Source: a virus (lineage: Duplodnaviria; Heunggongvirae; Uroviricota; Caudoviricetes). Taken from it: 64,000 bases of DNA. Below, piece by piece: positions 56,231 to 64,000 of the stretch; positions within the stretch are counted from its first letter, which is position 1, and each line of letters starts with the position of its first letter. Both the position numbers and the translations under genes were made by a program. The DNA lies in IMG/VR virus record IMGVR_UViG_2654587674_000003; one strand, written 5' to 3'. The notes below the pieces were generated by a model. It ran no database searches, had not been told where the DNA came from, and saw only the letters and a program-made list of their open reading frames with translations.

Positions 56231-56703
56231 TGTTTTTTAGCTCTCTGCGTGAAGGTGTAAACCCGACGTTTGATATGTGGAACGGTAGGAACAGGAAGAC
56301 AGGAACTTTCAATAACTCCTTGCTCCTCCAGCGATCGCACCGCCCGCAAGAACTGCGACGTGTCGCCGCCAAACTGGCGGGCATAGGTGCTGCCGTTATG
56401 AAGTATTTGAGCTATTACCCGAGCTTTTGTCTGGCTGTCACGATATGCGAATAGCCGCACGGCCTCTTCTGGCGCAATCGCTAACTGATAGCCTTTCCCG
56501 GCACGGTGTCGAATGAATCCATGCGCCAGTAGGTTTTTGAGTTCGTTACGAGTGCGAACAGATCCGTAACCCAGGAAGTGTGGATTGATAACGACTGGCT
56601 TAAACCATTCCGTAGGTGCTTTAGCTAATAGAGCTAACAGCTTCCCGGATAATTCTGGATAGGAAGACGGGTAACAATTCAGAGATGGGTAATAAGTTTT
56701 CAC
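56227..56703 (-). CDS. Hypothetical protein, possible winged-helix (158 aa)
   Basis: 4-bp overlaps on both sides. Confidence 0.5.
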   Translation of the reverse strand: MKTYYPSLNCYPSSYPELSGKLLALLAKAPTEWFKPVVINPHFLGYGSVRTRNELKNLLAHGFIRHRAGKGYQLAIAPEEAVRLFAYRDSQTKARVIAQILHNGSTYARQFGGDTSQFLRAVRSLEEQGVIESSCLPVPTVPHIKRRVYTFTQRAKKQ

Positions 56704-57044
56704 CGACGCCCCCTTGCAGGATATCGACCGGCATTAGTATCCGGTGCAATAAAGCCGGTAGTGGGGCGAGTGAAAGCGAGATTAATCTTCTCGACCATAG
56801 TGCGATAATTTTCCTGATAGTGGGCCAGGAGTTTTTCGGCGGCAATGATGGTTACTTTCCGGACGTAGCTTTCTGCTTCCTCCAGATTTCGCCAGTTTTT
56901 TTCGAGGGTAAACACAGGGACGGCCTCAAGCCCGGTCATGATGCCGAACACAACGACAGCATGACTGTTCTTAACACCAGCGGCGAAGGTTACGGTGTAA
57001 CCATCCACCTTGAAGCGTCTTGATTCCGTGATTTGACTCTGCAA
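56700..57044 (-). CDS. Hypothetical protein (114 aa), first gene after the recombinase
   Basis: TTG start with GGAGGG RBS; operator-like site upstream. Confidence 0.5.
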   Translation of the reverse strand: MQSQITESRRFKVDGYTVTFAAGVKNSHAVVVFGIMTGLEAVPVFTLEKNWRNLEEAESYVRKVTIIAAEKLLAHYQENYRTMVEKINLAFTRPTTGFIAPDTNAGRYPARGRR

Positions 57045-57090
57045 AGCACCCTCCTAAATAGGCGAGGGTACTTTACAGCAAAGGCGTTAA

Positions 57091-57112
57091 TCTAAAAAGA
57101 TGTGTTAGAATT
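57091..57112. promoter_or_regulatory. Operator-like inverted motif TCTAAAAA-GATG-TGTTAGAA
   Basis: Family core between the recombinase stop and the next gene. Confidence 0.45.
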
Positions 57113-57117
57113 TTAAT

Positions 57118-58146
57118 TTACGAATCCATCAGGCGGCTATTAGCCCCCACAGACACGCCGCCACGGCGAAGATACCGCATAAGTGTTTCCGGTTTCTTCC
57201 AGGTTCCTTCCTGCATGATCTCCACCATAGACACCTGCTTTTCAGCCATATCAATAGCGGCCCCGACGCGTGCACTATGCCCAGTCCACGTCCGGTATCT
57301 TCCTTTGTTTGGCGTAGCATCTCTTTTATTCAGCAACACCCAGGCGTCGCTGAATATTTTCTCCATTGCAGGTGCAGTAAGGGGCGTTGTCGTAATCCTG
57401 GCCTTATTGCTACGGTGTATCGGCGGGAACAGCACCGCGTCAGGATGTTCACGAAGCCCGGAAACATCCAGCCAGTCATTCAGCACAGCAGTAGTGCGAC
57501 GGGAAAGCACCTTATCAAGCCCGGCGGCGGTCGTTATTGTCTTCGTGTGTGAAATATGTAGCGTGACAGTGTCACCTGTTTGGTCCAGATCTCCTACACG
57601 AATACGCGAGATTTCCGACATACGCATCAGCGTATTGTATGCAACAAAGAGAAAAGCCCGGTTGCGCTGGTCCACCAGCCGTTCTGACCTGGACAGCAGG
57701 ACGTCGAGCAGTTTCAGGTCGTCCCACCGCAACGGTATAGCCTGGCCTGTTCGCTCGCCTTTTTCCGTTGCCGCTTCACGCCGGATGCGCCGCATGGCCA
57801 GAGACACACTTTTATCGTCCGACAGCGGCGGGAGGCCACATTGCGAAAGCAGCATGTTAAGCATGGCATAGTGCTTATCAATGGTGGTCGAAGCCAGATC
57901 AGCATCATGCAGCTGAAGAAAATACTCGCGGGCCATCTCTGGTGAGATCGGGAACCAGGCGAGCTGGCGAGCGTGACACCATCTCGCCCAGGAGTGAAAC
58001 ACTAACCGGAGATCGCGCAAAGTATTCGGCGCGTAAGCCCCCTGGTCATTCATGAACCGCATAAAGTTTTCTGCGGCCTCCTGGTACTCTTTGCCAATGT
58101 TGCGCAGAAAACCACCGGAGCTGCCAGAGATAATTAATTTACTCAT
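57118..58146 (-). CDS. dre: Cre-like tyrosine site-specific recombinase (Dre-type)
   Basis: 342 aa colinear with P1 Cre as recalled (WFP...NMLLSQCGLPPLSDDKSVSLAMRRIR, C-terminal WTGHSARVGAAIDMA); adjacent rox-like site. Confidence 0.9.
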   Translation of the reverse strand: MSKLIISGSSGGFLRNIGKEYQEAAENFMRFMNDQGAYAPNTLRDLRLVFHSWARWCHARQLAWFPISPEMAREYFLQLHDADLASTTIDKHYAMLNMLLSQCGLPPLSDDKSVSLAMRRIRREAATEKGERTGQAIPLRWDDLKLLDVLLSRSERLVDQRNRAFLFVAYNTLMRMSEISRIRVGDLDQTGDTVTLHISHTKTITTAAGLDKVLSRRTTAVLNDWLDVSGLREHPDAVLFPPIHRSNKARITTTPLTAPAMEKIFSDAWVLLNKRDATPNKGRYRTWTGHSARVGAAIDMAEKQVSMVEIMQEGTWKKPETLMRYLRRGGVSVGANSRLMDS

Positions 58147-58298
58147 GAAACTATTTAACCTCTATATACAGATGACGCTACGCGAAAAATATAAAAATGA
58201 CAGGGTAGCTATAAGTTAATTTTCAAGATTCAAGCCTTTGATCCGAGGCACGTATTTTCAGTGATGTCAACACTGATCATCTACCCATGATTATAGCC

Positions 58299-58330
58299 TA
58301 ACTTTAAATAATGCCAATTATTTAAAGTTA
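58299..58330. other. rox-like recombination target site (14-bp inverted arms, 4-bp spacer)
   Basis: TAACTTTAAATAAT-GCCA-ATTATTTAAAGTTA, 150 bp upstream of the recombinase gene; matches my recollection of rox. Confidence 0.8.
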
Positions 58331-58429
58331 TAAAATGCCGATTTTTTTTAATCCATCATAGATTGATGATGACCAGTAACACGTTGCCTTCATGGTCTTT
58401 AATTTGCGAAGTGTGGTTTCTACGGTTGG

Positions 58430-58523
58430 TTTTCTAAAATTGATGACAAAAAATCACAGTTCGATCCTTTACTCACTCTGTTATTCGACATAAATTTGTC
58501 ATAGTAATTTTATGTTAGAAAAC
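58430..58523. promoter_or_regulatory. Two operator-like sites (TTTTCTAAAA at 58430-58439; TGTTAGAAAAC at 58513-58523) upstream of the 58541 gene
   Basis: Family core motifs in the rox-to-58541 intergenic region. Confidence 0.5.
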
Positions 58524-58540
58524 TAAATCGAGTAGGAATA

Positions 58541-59578
58541 ATGAGTAAGAAGTCGATCGAGAAAGAGTACAAACGGTTCCTGCAAACCGCTGAACGGTGG
58601 AAAGAGCTGGTGGTCGCAAACTCTGTTTTCCATGATACCAGTTATGCTGGCGAGGAATTCCGCCATGTTGCATTAACGCATGACCAAAACATATTAGAAG
58701 AAGCTGAAAAATGTCTTGCTGAATGGAAAGCCTTCGTTGACATGTGCCGCGATGCCGACGGCAAAGCGTCGAACATTGTTGAGTCTGTATATTCTCCGAT
58801 CCCATTCATCATTGAGGACACCAATCAAAGCACGCATGTCGTTGTGCAAAGCGCTACAACAACACGTACATTTACACGTGAACAATTGCTAAAAAAATAC
58901 GACAAAATCATAAAGAAAAGCCTTAAAAATAGGGTTTTTTCTCAAATCGTAGGTGATCTTGAAGAAGAACAGCGCTTCTTTGAAGCTGAGCCTGAAGGCG
59001 AGATCTACCGGGCGCGTAAAGAGGCATATACAGATGTTGTGCTGACAACAAACATCGAAGGCAGCAATGCCCTTTCTCGCTTTAGAGTTGGCGCACATGG
59101 TGCATTGGTTTTCGCAAGACTACCGAAGACAACGATCCCCGTTGTCAATAATGTTGGTGAACGCCGGAGCATTACAATTTATTCTGGCGTCGAATCGGTA
59201 CCTTGCAGCCTTCTCGGCGATTTTAACTTATATCGTGTTCGTGACCTGGAAAAACACCAGCCAAGCTATGTTGCGAAGTCGTACATCTTAAGGAACATCG
59301 ATATTCGCAATGAAAGCCTTAAGCAGAAATCCGCTAAGATGCTGGAGGATGCCGATCCGGCTATTCGCCATATCATTGAGCGTAAGATACGTACATCACG
59401 TGAAGCAATGGCAAGGCTGGATAAAATGGATCTGGAATTGTTAGACGTAATGATGGCCTCTGGAGACGACCTGACCGGCATTAAACTGAATGAAGCTCGT
59501 AAAAAATACGGCAAAGCAATCGAAGAACGTTACGGATACACATTCCCCCAAACGCAGTACGCCGCGAAGCTCTGGTAA
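58541..59578 (+). CDS. Hypothetical protein (345 aa); candidate immunity repressor by position and operator context
   Basis: Divergent from the recombinase, convergent with pacB, preceded by two operator-like sites; no sequence-level support for repressor identity. Confidence 0.55.
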   Translation: MSKKSIEKEYKRFLQTAERWKELVVANSVFHDTSYAGEEFRHVALTHDQNILEEAEKCLAEWKAFVDMCRDADGKASNIVESVYSPIPFIIEDTNQSTHVVVQSATTTRTFTREQLLKKYDKIIKKSLKNRVFSQIVGDLEEEQRFFEAEPEGEIYRARKEAYTDVVLTTNIEGSNALSRFRVGAHGALVFARLPKTTIPVVNNVGERRSITIYSGVESVPCSLLGDFNLYRVRDLEKHQPSYVAKSYILRNIDIRNESLKQKSAKMLEDADPAIRHIIERKIRTSREAMARLDKMDLELLDVMMASGDDLTGIKLNEARKKYGKAIEERYGYTFPQTQYAAKLW

Positions 59579-59605
59579 TCACAACCGGCCCCGCATCGCG
59601 GGGCT

Positions 59606-61114
59606 TTATATATCCAGATCCGGCATTTCGATATCCGCCAGAACCTGATCTCGGAAAGTTGCCATTTCGGCACCAATATCTTCATTAGCAGGCACATAGT
59701 CCACCAGCATAGTGAAGCAGTAGGTATCCCATCGGTCAGGCGATTTGATGTTTAGCTTTTGCCGCATGTGCTCTTTGCGCATCATCGCCATTTTCCCTTC
59801 TTCATTCAGTAAAAAGGGGATTTTTGACGCTTGCTCTGCCGTTTTAGGGTCACTGTCTATCCGCATACGCCCTGACTTTATGGCATCACGCGCCATAATG
59901 TTTGCGTAGGCACGCTGATTAACAAATCGCTCCCTGTCTTTGTTCGCAAACATGGGTTTTCCCCACCGAATACGTACCGGGTTCGCACCACGACGCACCA
60001 ACTGCGCACACGTATCAGAACCAAAACCATCAGCATCAACCGCGATTGTTATATTCGGGTATTTTTCCGGCGTACATTCGTTATATATGAAGTCAGCAAA
60101 GGCCAATGGGTCCATAGTGCCAGGCATCTCCATTACCTTAAAGTTAACAACGCGCCGCTTATCCCTGTGACCTGATACCTTGCAGATGTTGAGGACCGAC
60201 TTATCTCGCCCATTACCAACGTCAGCCGTTGCCACCCATCCCCAGTTTTTCTCCAACAACACCTTGCGGCGAGCAGAGCGATCGCATTCATCACGACCAA
60301 GCAAATAGCCGTTAATTTCTCGTGGGAACTGACCAAGCACCTTGACCATGTACTCAATAGAATCGCGCCCACCATATTCCAGAAGCTTCTCCTTGATGAA
60401 TTGTGGTGTGACGAACGGTGATTCTTCCGAGTTAAGAACAATTGCTGTCCAGATCCCTTTCGGGTTGTCTGGGGTTTTTGCTCGAGAATGGTGCGAATCG
60501 TAGAAATAACCACTTGGCCTTGTTGGCTGGGATAGCATCAACATCCGGTTATCTTCTTCAGTAAGAGCACCGGTCATTACGCCGATCGCCTTATCAGATA
60601 TACCAGATGCTTCATCCAGAATTAGAAGCAAATGTGCCGCGTGTTCCCCCGCCAGCGCTTCTTCGTTGCCGAGTCGATAACCTTTGCAGAGAACTTCCCA
60701 AATCCCCTTACGGGAGCGCTCATAAAACATGGTGTCAGAGAGGACAAAATAGGTCTGCAACCACCCATGACGCTTAACTGCATTCGCCCAATACTGTTTA
60801 ACGTATTTGAATACGCCTGTTTTTACCTGGCCTATCTTGTTAGCAACAATGATGACACGGGCATCGGGGAACAGGATCATAAAAATCAACAGCAACATCG
60901 CGGTAAGGGACGACTTCCCCGTTCCGTGTCCGGACGTGACGGTCGTCCTACTCCCCGTTTCCTGCACTGACTGAATGATCTGCTGCTGCTGGTGGGAGGG
61001 GAACATCCCAAAAATATCGACTACAGCCTGGGTAAAGTTGTAGCGGTATTTGATTACCATATCGCGCCAGCGTGGATCGCTGGTGACGCATTTAATCTTG
61101 CGCCCGCCAGCCAT
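59606..61114 (-). CDS. pacB: Terminase large subunit PacB-like
   Basis: 502 aa; Walker A TSGHGTGKSS, Walker B LLLILDEASG; coupled to pacA. Confidence 0.8.
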   Translation of the reverse strand: MAGGRKIKCVTSDPRWRDMVIKYRYNFTQAVVDIFGMFPSHQQQQIIQSVQETGSRTTVTSGHGTGKSSLTAMLLLIFMILFPDARVIIVANKIGQVKTGVFKYVKQYWANAVKRHGWLQTYFVLSDTMFYERSRKGIWEVLCKGYRLGNEEALAGEHAAHLLLILDEASGISDKAIGVMTGALTEEDNRMLMLSQPTRPSGYFYDSHHSRAKTPDNPKGIWTAIVLNSEESPFVTPQFIKEKLLEYGGRDSIEYMVKVLGQFPREINGYLLGRDECDRSARRKVLLEKNWGWVATADVGNGRDKSVLNICKVSGHRDKRRVVNFKVMEMPGTMDPLAFADFIYNECTPEKYPNITIAVDADGFGSDTCAQLVRRGANPVRIRWGKPMFANKDRERFVNQRAYANIMARDAIKSGRMRIDSDPKTAEQASKIPFLLNEEGKMAMMRKEHMRQKLNIKSPDRWDTYCFTMLVDYVPANEDIGAEMATFRDQVLADIEMPDLDI

Positions 61115-62478
61115 TAATCATCCTCCGGCGGTTCTATCGCGATATCATCATCTCCGGCGTCATACCCTGCATCAGATGCATCATAATCACCGTAAATTTC
61201 AGCCGTTGCCGAAGGGTCAATATCCAGCTCTTCGTCGTTGGCCTCGAATTCTCCAGCTTTACGCTCGCCATTGCGGTCGTAATCTCCGCACCCCAATTCT
61301 TCAACAATGGTTGCCACATCCGCCCGGCGCTCTGCCAGCCATTGCGGATGGTTAGCCTGAAGCGTTGCAAACTCCCTTGCCTCTTTGTCCAGCTGTTCAT
61401 CATCAACATCATTGACGTCAGAAACAGGTGGTTCGAGAAGAGTGATAGCTTTCGCCGCGCGCGCCGCGAGGATAGCCGGGACGCTGACACCCTGGCGCTC
61501 GATGTATTCAGCAACACCGATATCATCCAGTTCCTCGCGCTCACGCATACGTATAGCGGCGGCGATAACTCTGGCTGCGCGTGCGTCAGCGCCAATGCGA
61601 TATTCAATCTCTTTGCCACGCTGTTCGGCCTGTAGGCGTGCTAATTCGAGTTTTTCTCTGGCCTCAGCCTCTTTGAATGCTTGCTGGCGAGCGCTCTGAC
61701 GAAGCTTTTCATCCCCCTGTCGCAGCTTTTGTTCGGACTGATATATAGCTGCCAACCTACTGATAAAATCATTCATGTAGTAGGCCGCGTCACTGATTAG
61801 ACCGAGAAGGCGCTGCCCAGGGTGCATTCCTTCTGGCTCTTTATCGCCCAAGGCGTCTATTTCCGCCTGTAGACGTTCGGCCTCCTGATCAACAATGCTT
61901 TGATACTGAAGTGCGCGCTCTTGCGCCATTTGAATTGCTAACCGCAGGTGTTCTTCTGCGCCGTTCTTCATCATATCGCGAGCCACATTCGTAGTTGGCA
62001 ATGTGGCACGCTGCACAGCACCGTCAGGGATCATTGCAGAAGATCCCTCAATTTTTGGGGCGTTTTTATCTTCTTCGGGGATCATTTTCGCCATTTTTTC
62101 GCGCAATGATCTCCTGACAGATTCTTTTATCTCATTGTTATTATTTGAATTATTTTCATGATCCGAAGTTTTCTTTCTCGGCATACTTCGGAAAGAACCT
62201 GCGCCCTGCGAATTGTCAATTTCTGTAAATTTTGTTTTTTCTGCACCCTCTTCCAGCTTTTTTGTTGCTCTTCCCGCCCGTTTTTTTTCAGGTGATTTGG
62301 TGCTTTTTTTTGTTGTCTTTACCTGCGACCGCACCTCATTTTTTTTCATATTGAGATGCTTTCTGGCTGTATTGAAGCTAAGGCCATGCTCCTCACAGTA
62401 TTCCTTTACAGTGATCCCTTTTTCTTCACGCAACGCTATAAAGCGGGCGCGGTGCTCCTCCCAATTAACCAGACTCAT
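61114..62478 (-). CDS. pacA: Terminase small / pac-recognition subunit PacA-like
   Basis: N-terminal HTH (ITVKEYCEEHGLSFNTARKHL), coiled-coil middle, acidic C-terminus. Confidence 0.7.
   Translation of the reverse strand: MSLVNWEEHRARFIALREEKGITVKEYCEEHGLSFNTARKHLNMKKNEVRSQVKTTKKSTKSPEKKRAGRATKKLEEGAEKTKFTEIDNSQGAGSFRSMPRKKTSDHENNSNNNNEIKESVRRSLREKMAKMIPEEDKNAPKIEGSSAMIPDGAVQRATLPTTNVARDMMKNGAEEHLRLAIQMAQERALQYQSIVDQEAERLQAEIDALGDKEPEGMHPGQRLLGLISDAAYYMNDFISRLAAIYQSEQKLRQGDEKLRQSARQQAFKEAEAREKLELARLQAEQRGKEIEYRIGADARAARVIAAAIRMREREELDDIGVAEYIERQGVSVPAILAARAAKAITLLEPPVSDVNDVDDEQLDKEAREFATLQANHPQWLAERRADVATIVEELGCGDYDRNGERKAGEFEANDEELDIDPSATAEIYGDYDASDAGYDAGDDDIAIEPPEDD
61887..62163. other. 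GATC-rich segment inside pacA; candidate pac cleavage site
   Basis: Six GATC in about 277 bp (61887, 62029, 62042, 62080, 62108, 62160), five of them in 135 bp. Confidence 0.35.
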
Positions 62479-62867
62479 AAAGCAACACCACGCTTTTTAA
62501 CGGCGGCATTCCACAGCTTATTCGCCATGTCCACCAGCTCTCGTTGCTCTTTTCGCGCCTGTTCGACTGATTTCCTGCTACAGTTTTTAACCAGTAAACT
62601 GCCATATTCAGGGGTTCGCCCACGCACCTTGAACTGATATCCGTTCAGGCCATGCAACCAGTATTTTCGTGGGTAAACACGATCATCAAGCTCACAGATT
62701 GCCCTGCTTGAACGAACAAAATGACGAATGATGTTAGTTACACTTACTCGTGAAACATGGAGATGAGGGTATTTTTCTTTGGCGAGAGTGGTAATTTCAG
62801 TGACTGTCAGATAGCAGTCAGCCCTGATCATGATATCCGCAATTTCTGCGCTGCTGATTTGTTCCAT
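62475..62867 (-). CDS. Small protein upstream of pacA; possible late-promoter-activator-like
   Basis: ATGA overlap with pacA; assignment by position only. Confidence 0.4.
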   Translation of the reverse strand: MEQISSAEIADIMIRADCYLTVTEITTLAKEKYPHLHVSRVSVTNIIRHFVRSSRAICELDDRVYPRKYWLHGLNGYQFKVRGRTPEYGSLLVKNCSRKSVEQARKEQRELVDMANKLWNAAVKKRGVAL

Positions 62868-62975
62868 TAATCCCCCGGGCAGGAAATGACCGAGGGGATG
62901 ATAATGAGAATGTTAAAACTGTATAGACTGGTAAAAAGATGATTGTATTAGAAAATTAATACTAAATATCTAATG

Positions 62976-63368
62976 CTACCAGCGAGACAAACGAACAACA
63001 TGTTTCACTTTTGCGATCCACTGTCCGCGATAACTATTGATTACGGCCTGTGCCAGCTTCAAATTGGCTTCAAAATCAGCCTTACTACCATCAGACTCCA
63101 CCAGCATTCCTCCATCTATTTCTGGTAAACATAGATAATCCTGCTCAACCTGCAGCGGCATTGATGGCTCTCTGAATGGGGTTACTTGCTCTGCTTTCCA
63201 GCGAAATCTAACCCTTATCCCCCTGGTGGTCATTACTAGATAGCCTGTTATAGTGCTTTTATGGCCCACATCAGTACGCGTGGCATTGCATGACACGATC
63301 TTACAGTTAGCGATAGACCACTCCATATTGGTGGCCTGTTGAGTGCTTAATTTGGTAGTCCCGTACAT
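62976..63368 (-). CDS. Hypothetical protein (130 aa)
   Basis: ORF upstream of the lpa-like gene. Confidence 0.45.
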   Translation of the reverse strand: MYGTTKLSTQQATNMEWSIANCKIVSCNATRTDVGHKSTITGYLVMTTRGIRVRFRWKAEQVTPFREPSMPLQVEQDYLCLPEIDGGMLVESDGSKADFEANLKLAQAVINSYRGQWIAKVKHVVRLSRW

Positions 63369-63943
63369 CAGAAAGCCTCCCAGTCAGTCGCGATAATATC
63401 CACACCAGTTGCAAACCAGTCTGTCTGCGCCTGTAAATCCCCATTCATCATTACCAGGCGAGGCATCACCATCACATCGCACCCTTCCACAATATCGAAT
63501 GCCTCTTCCGGCAAGAATTCGAAGAGCTTTTCTTTGCTGCCAATACTGCCACGGAACATCGATATATAGCTCCCTTTGGGCCATGATGTCCGCCGGGCAT
63601 CAAGCCCTTTCATCATCCAGTAAAAAGCCGAGGAAAAAGGGATATTCTTTTTGCCAATGATTACATTATTCGCTTCTGTGTACTTCAGGAACTTAACTAA
63701 CCTTACCATTGACTCGGATAACGCAACGTATGGCTCATGATTGATTGCTGACACGCTTACACCGTGCAATCCAACGCTTACCACTGTCATATCGCCGCTC
63801 TGTGCGGTTTCGATATTGACGCCTTTGCGAACTAATGAGGCGTAAAGTTCCTCTCGCTTTTGGGTCCAGCGTTCCCGCTTCCCTATGAAGTCACTCAAAA
63901 TGAGATCTTCTTCTGCATATGCGTTATCGTTCGCCATTAACAT
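63368..63943 (-). CDS. Hypothetical protein (191 aa)
   Basis: 1-nt overlap with downstream gene. Confidence 0.45.
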   Translation of the reverse strand: MLMANDNAYAEEDLILSDFIGKRERWTQKREELYASLVRKGVNIETAQSGDMTVVSVGLHGVSVSAINHEPYVALSESMVRLVKFLKYTEANNVIIGKKNIPFSSAFYWMMKGLDARRTSWPKGSYISMFRGSIGSKEKLFEFLPEEAFDIVEGCDVMVMPRLVMMNGDLQAQTDWFATGVDIIATDWEAF

Positions 63944-64000
63944 AACGTCTCCTTTTTACACGCGCGACCATCTCTCGGTTAAACCGATAGAGATGTCGAA

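Noticed and set aside
53423-57044. Expectation of type III restriction-modification genes downstream of the recombinase, as in P1
   Set aside because: No large helicase/endonuclease or Mod-like methyltransferase ORF is present there; the slot holds dUTPase and unknown genes instead.
57215-57871. 218-aa plus-strand ORF inside the recombinase gene
   Set aside because: Antisense to a well-supported Cre-family gene.
1-64000. Insertion sequences, transposases or an integrase-flanked island
   Set aside because: No transposase-like ORF or terminal inverted repeats seen; the only recombinase is the Cre-like gene with its target site.

Overview
This 64-kb window reads as a segment of an enterobacterial P1-family plasmid-prophage (phage-plasmid), most like the phage D6 lineage. 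All calls come from reading the sequence and recalled family motifs; no searches were run. The anchors are a Cre-like tyrosine recombinase (57118-58146) beside a 32-bp site with 14-bp inverted arms and a 4-bp spacer that matches my recollection of rox, plus P1-type Phd/Doc, Hot, a LexA-boxed HumD, a Dcm/Dam fusion methyltransferase (Dmt-like), PacA/PacB and an icd/ant block. Other content: an iteron replicon (5 iterons, repA, then more iterons), two adjacent partition systems (ParM/ParR and ParA/ParG-like), contractile-tail virion genes in three minus-strand clusters, Rz/Rz1-like spanins, HigBA, RdgC, dUTPase, a plus-strand accessory block (41.1-51.6 kb) with a four-member mosaic paralog family and a Ser/Thr phosphatase, and an embedded near-canonical glnS. 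A recurring motif (core TTTTCTAACA / TGTTAGAAAA) sits at about nine intergenic sites and looks like a global repressor operator. My best candidates for an undescribed system are: (1) an AT-rich cargo island at 33158-34155 encoding a HigA-N-domain-like orphan ORF plus a multi-TM membrane protein next to HigBA; (2) a terminase-large-subunit paralog with degenerate Walker motifs (53423-54517) at the end of the dre-proximal operon; (3) the paralog array; (4) the embedded glnS. I cannot decide among these from sequence alone. Coordinates of non-ORF features were counted by hand and may be off by 1-2 bp.
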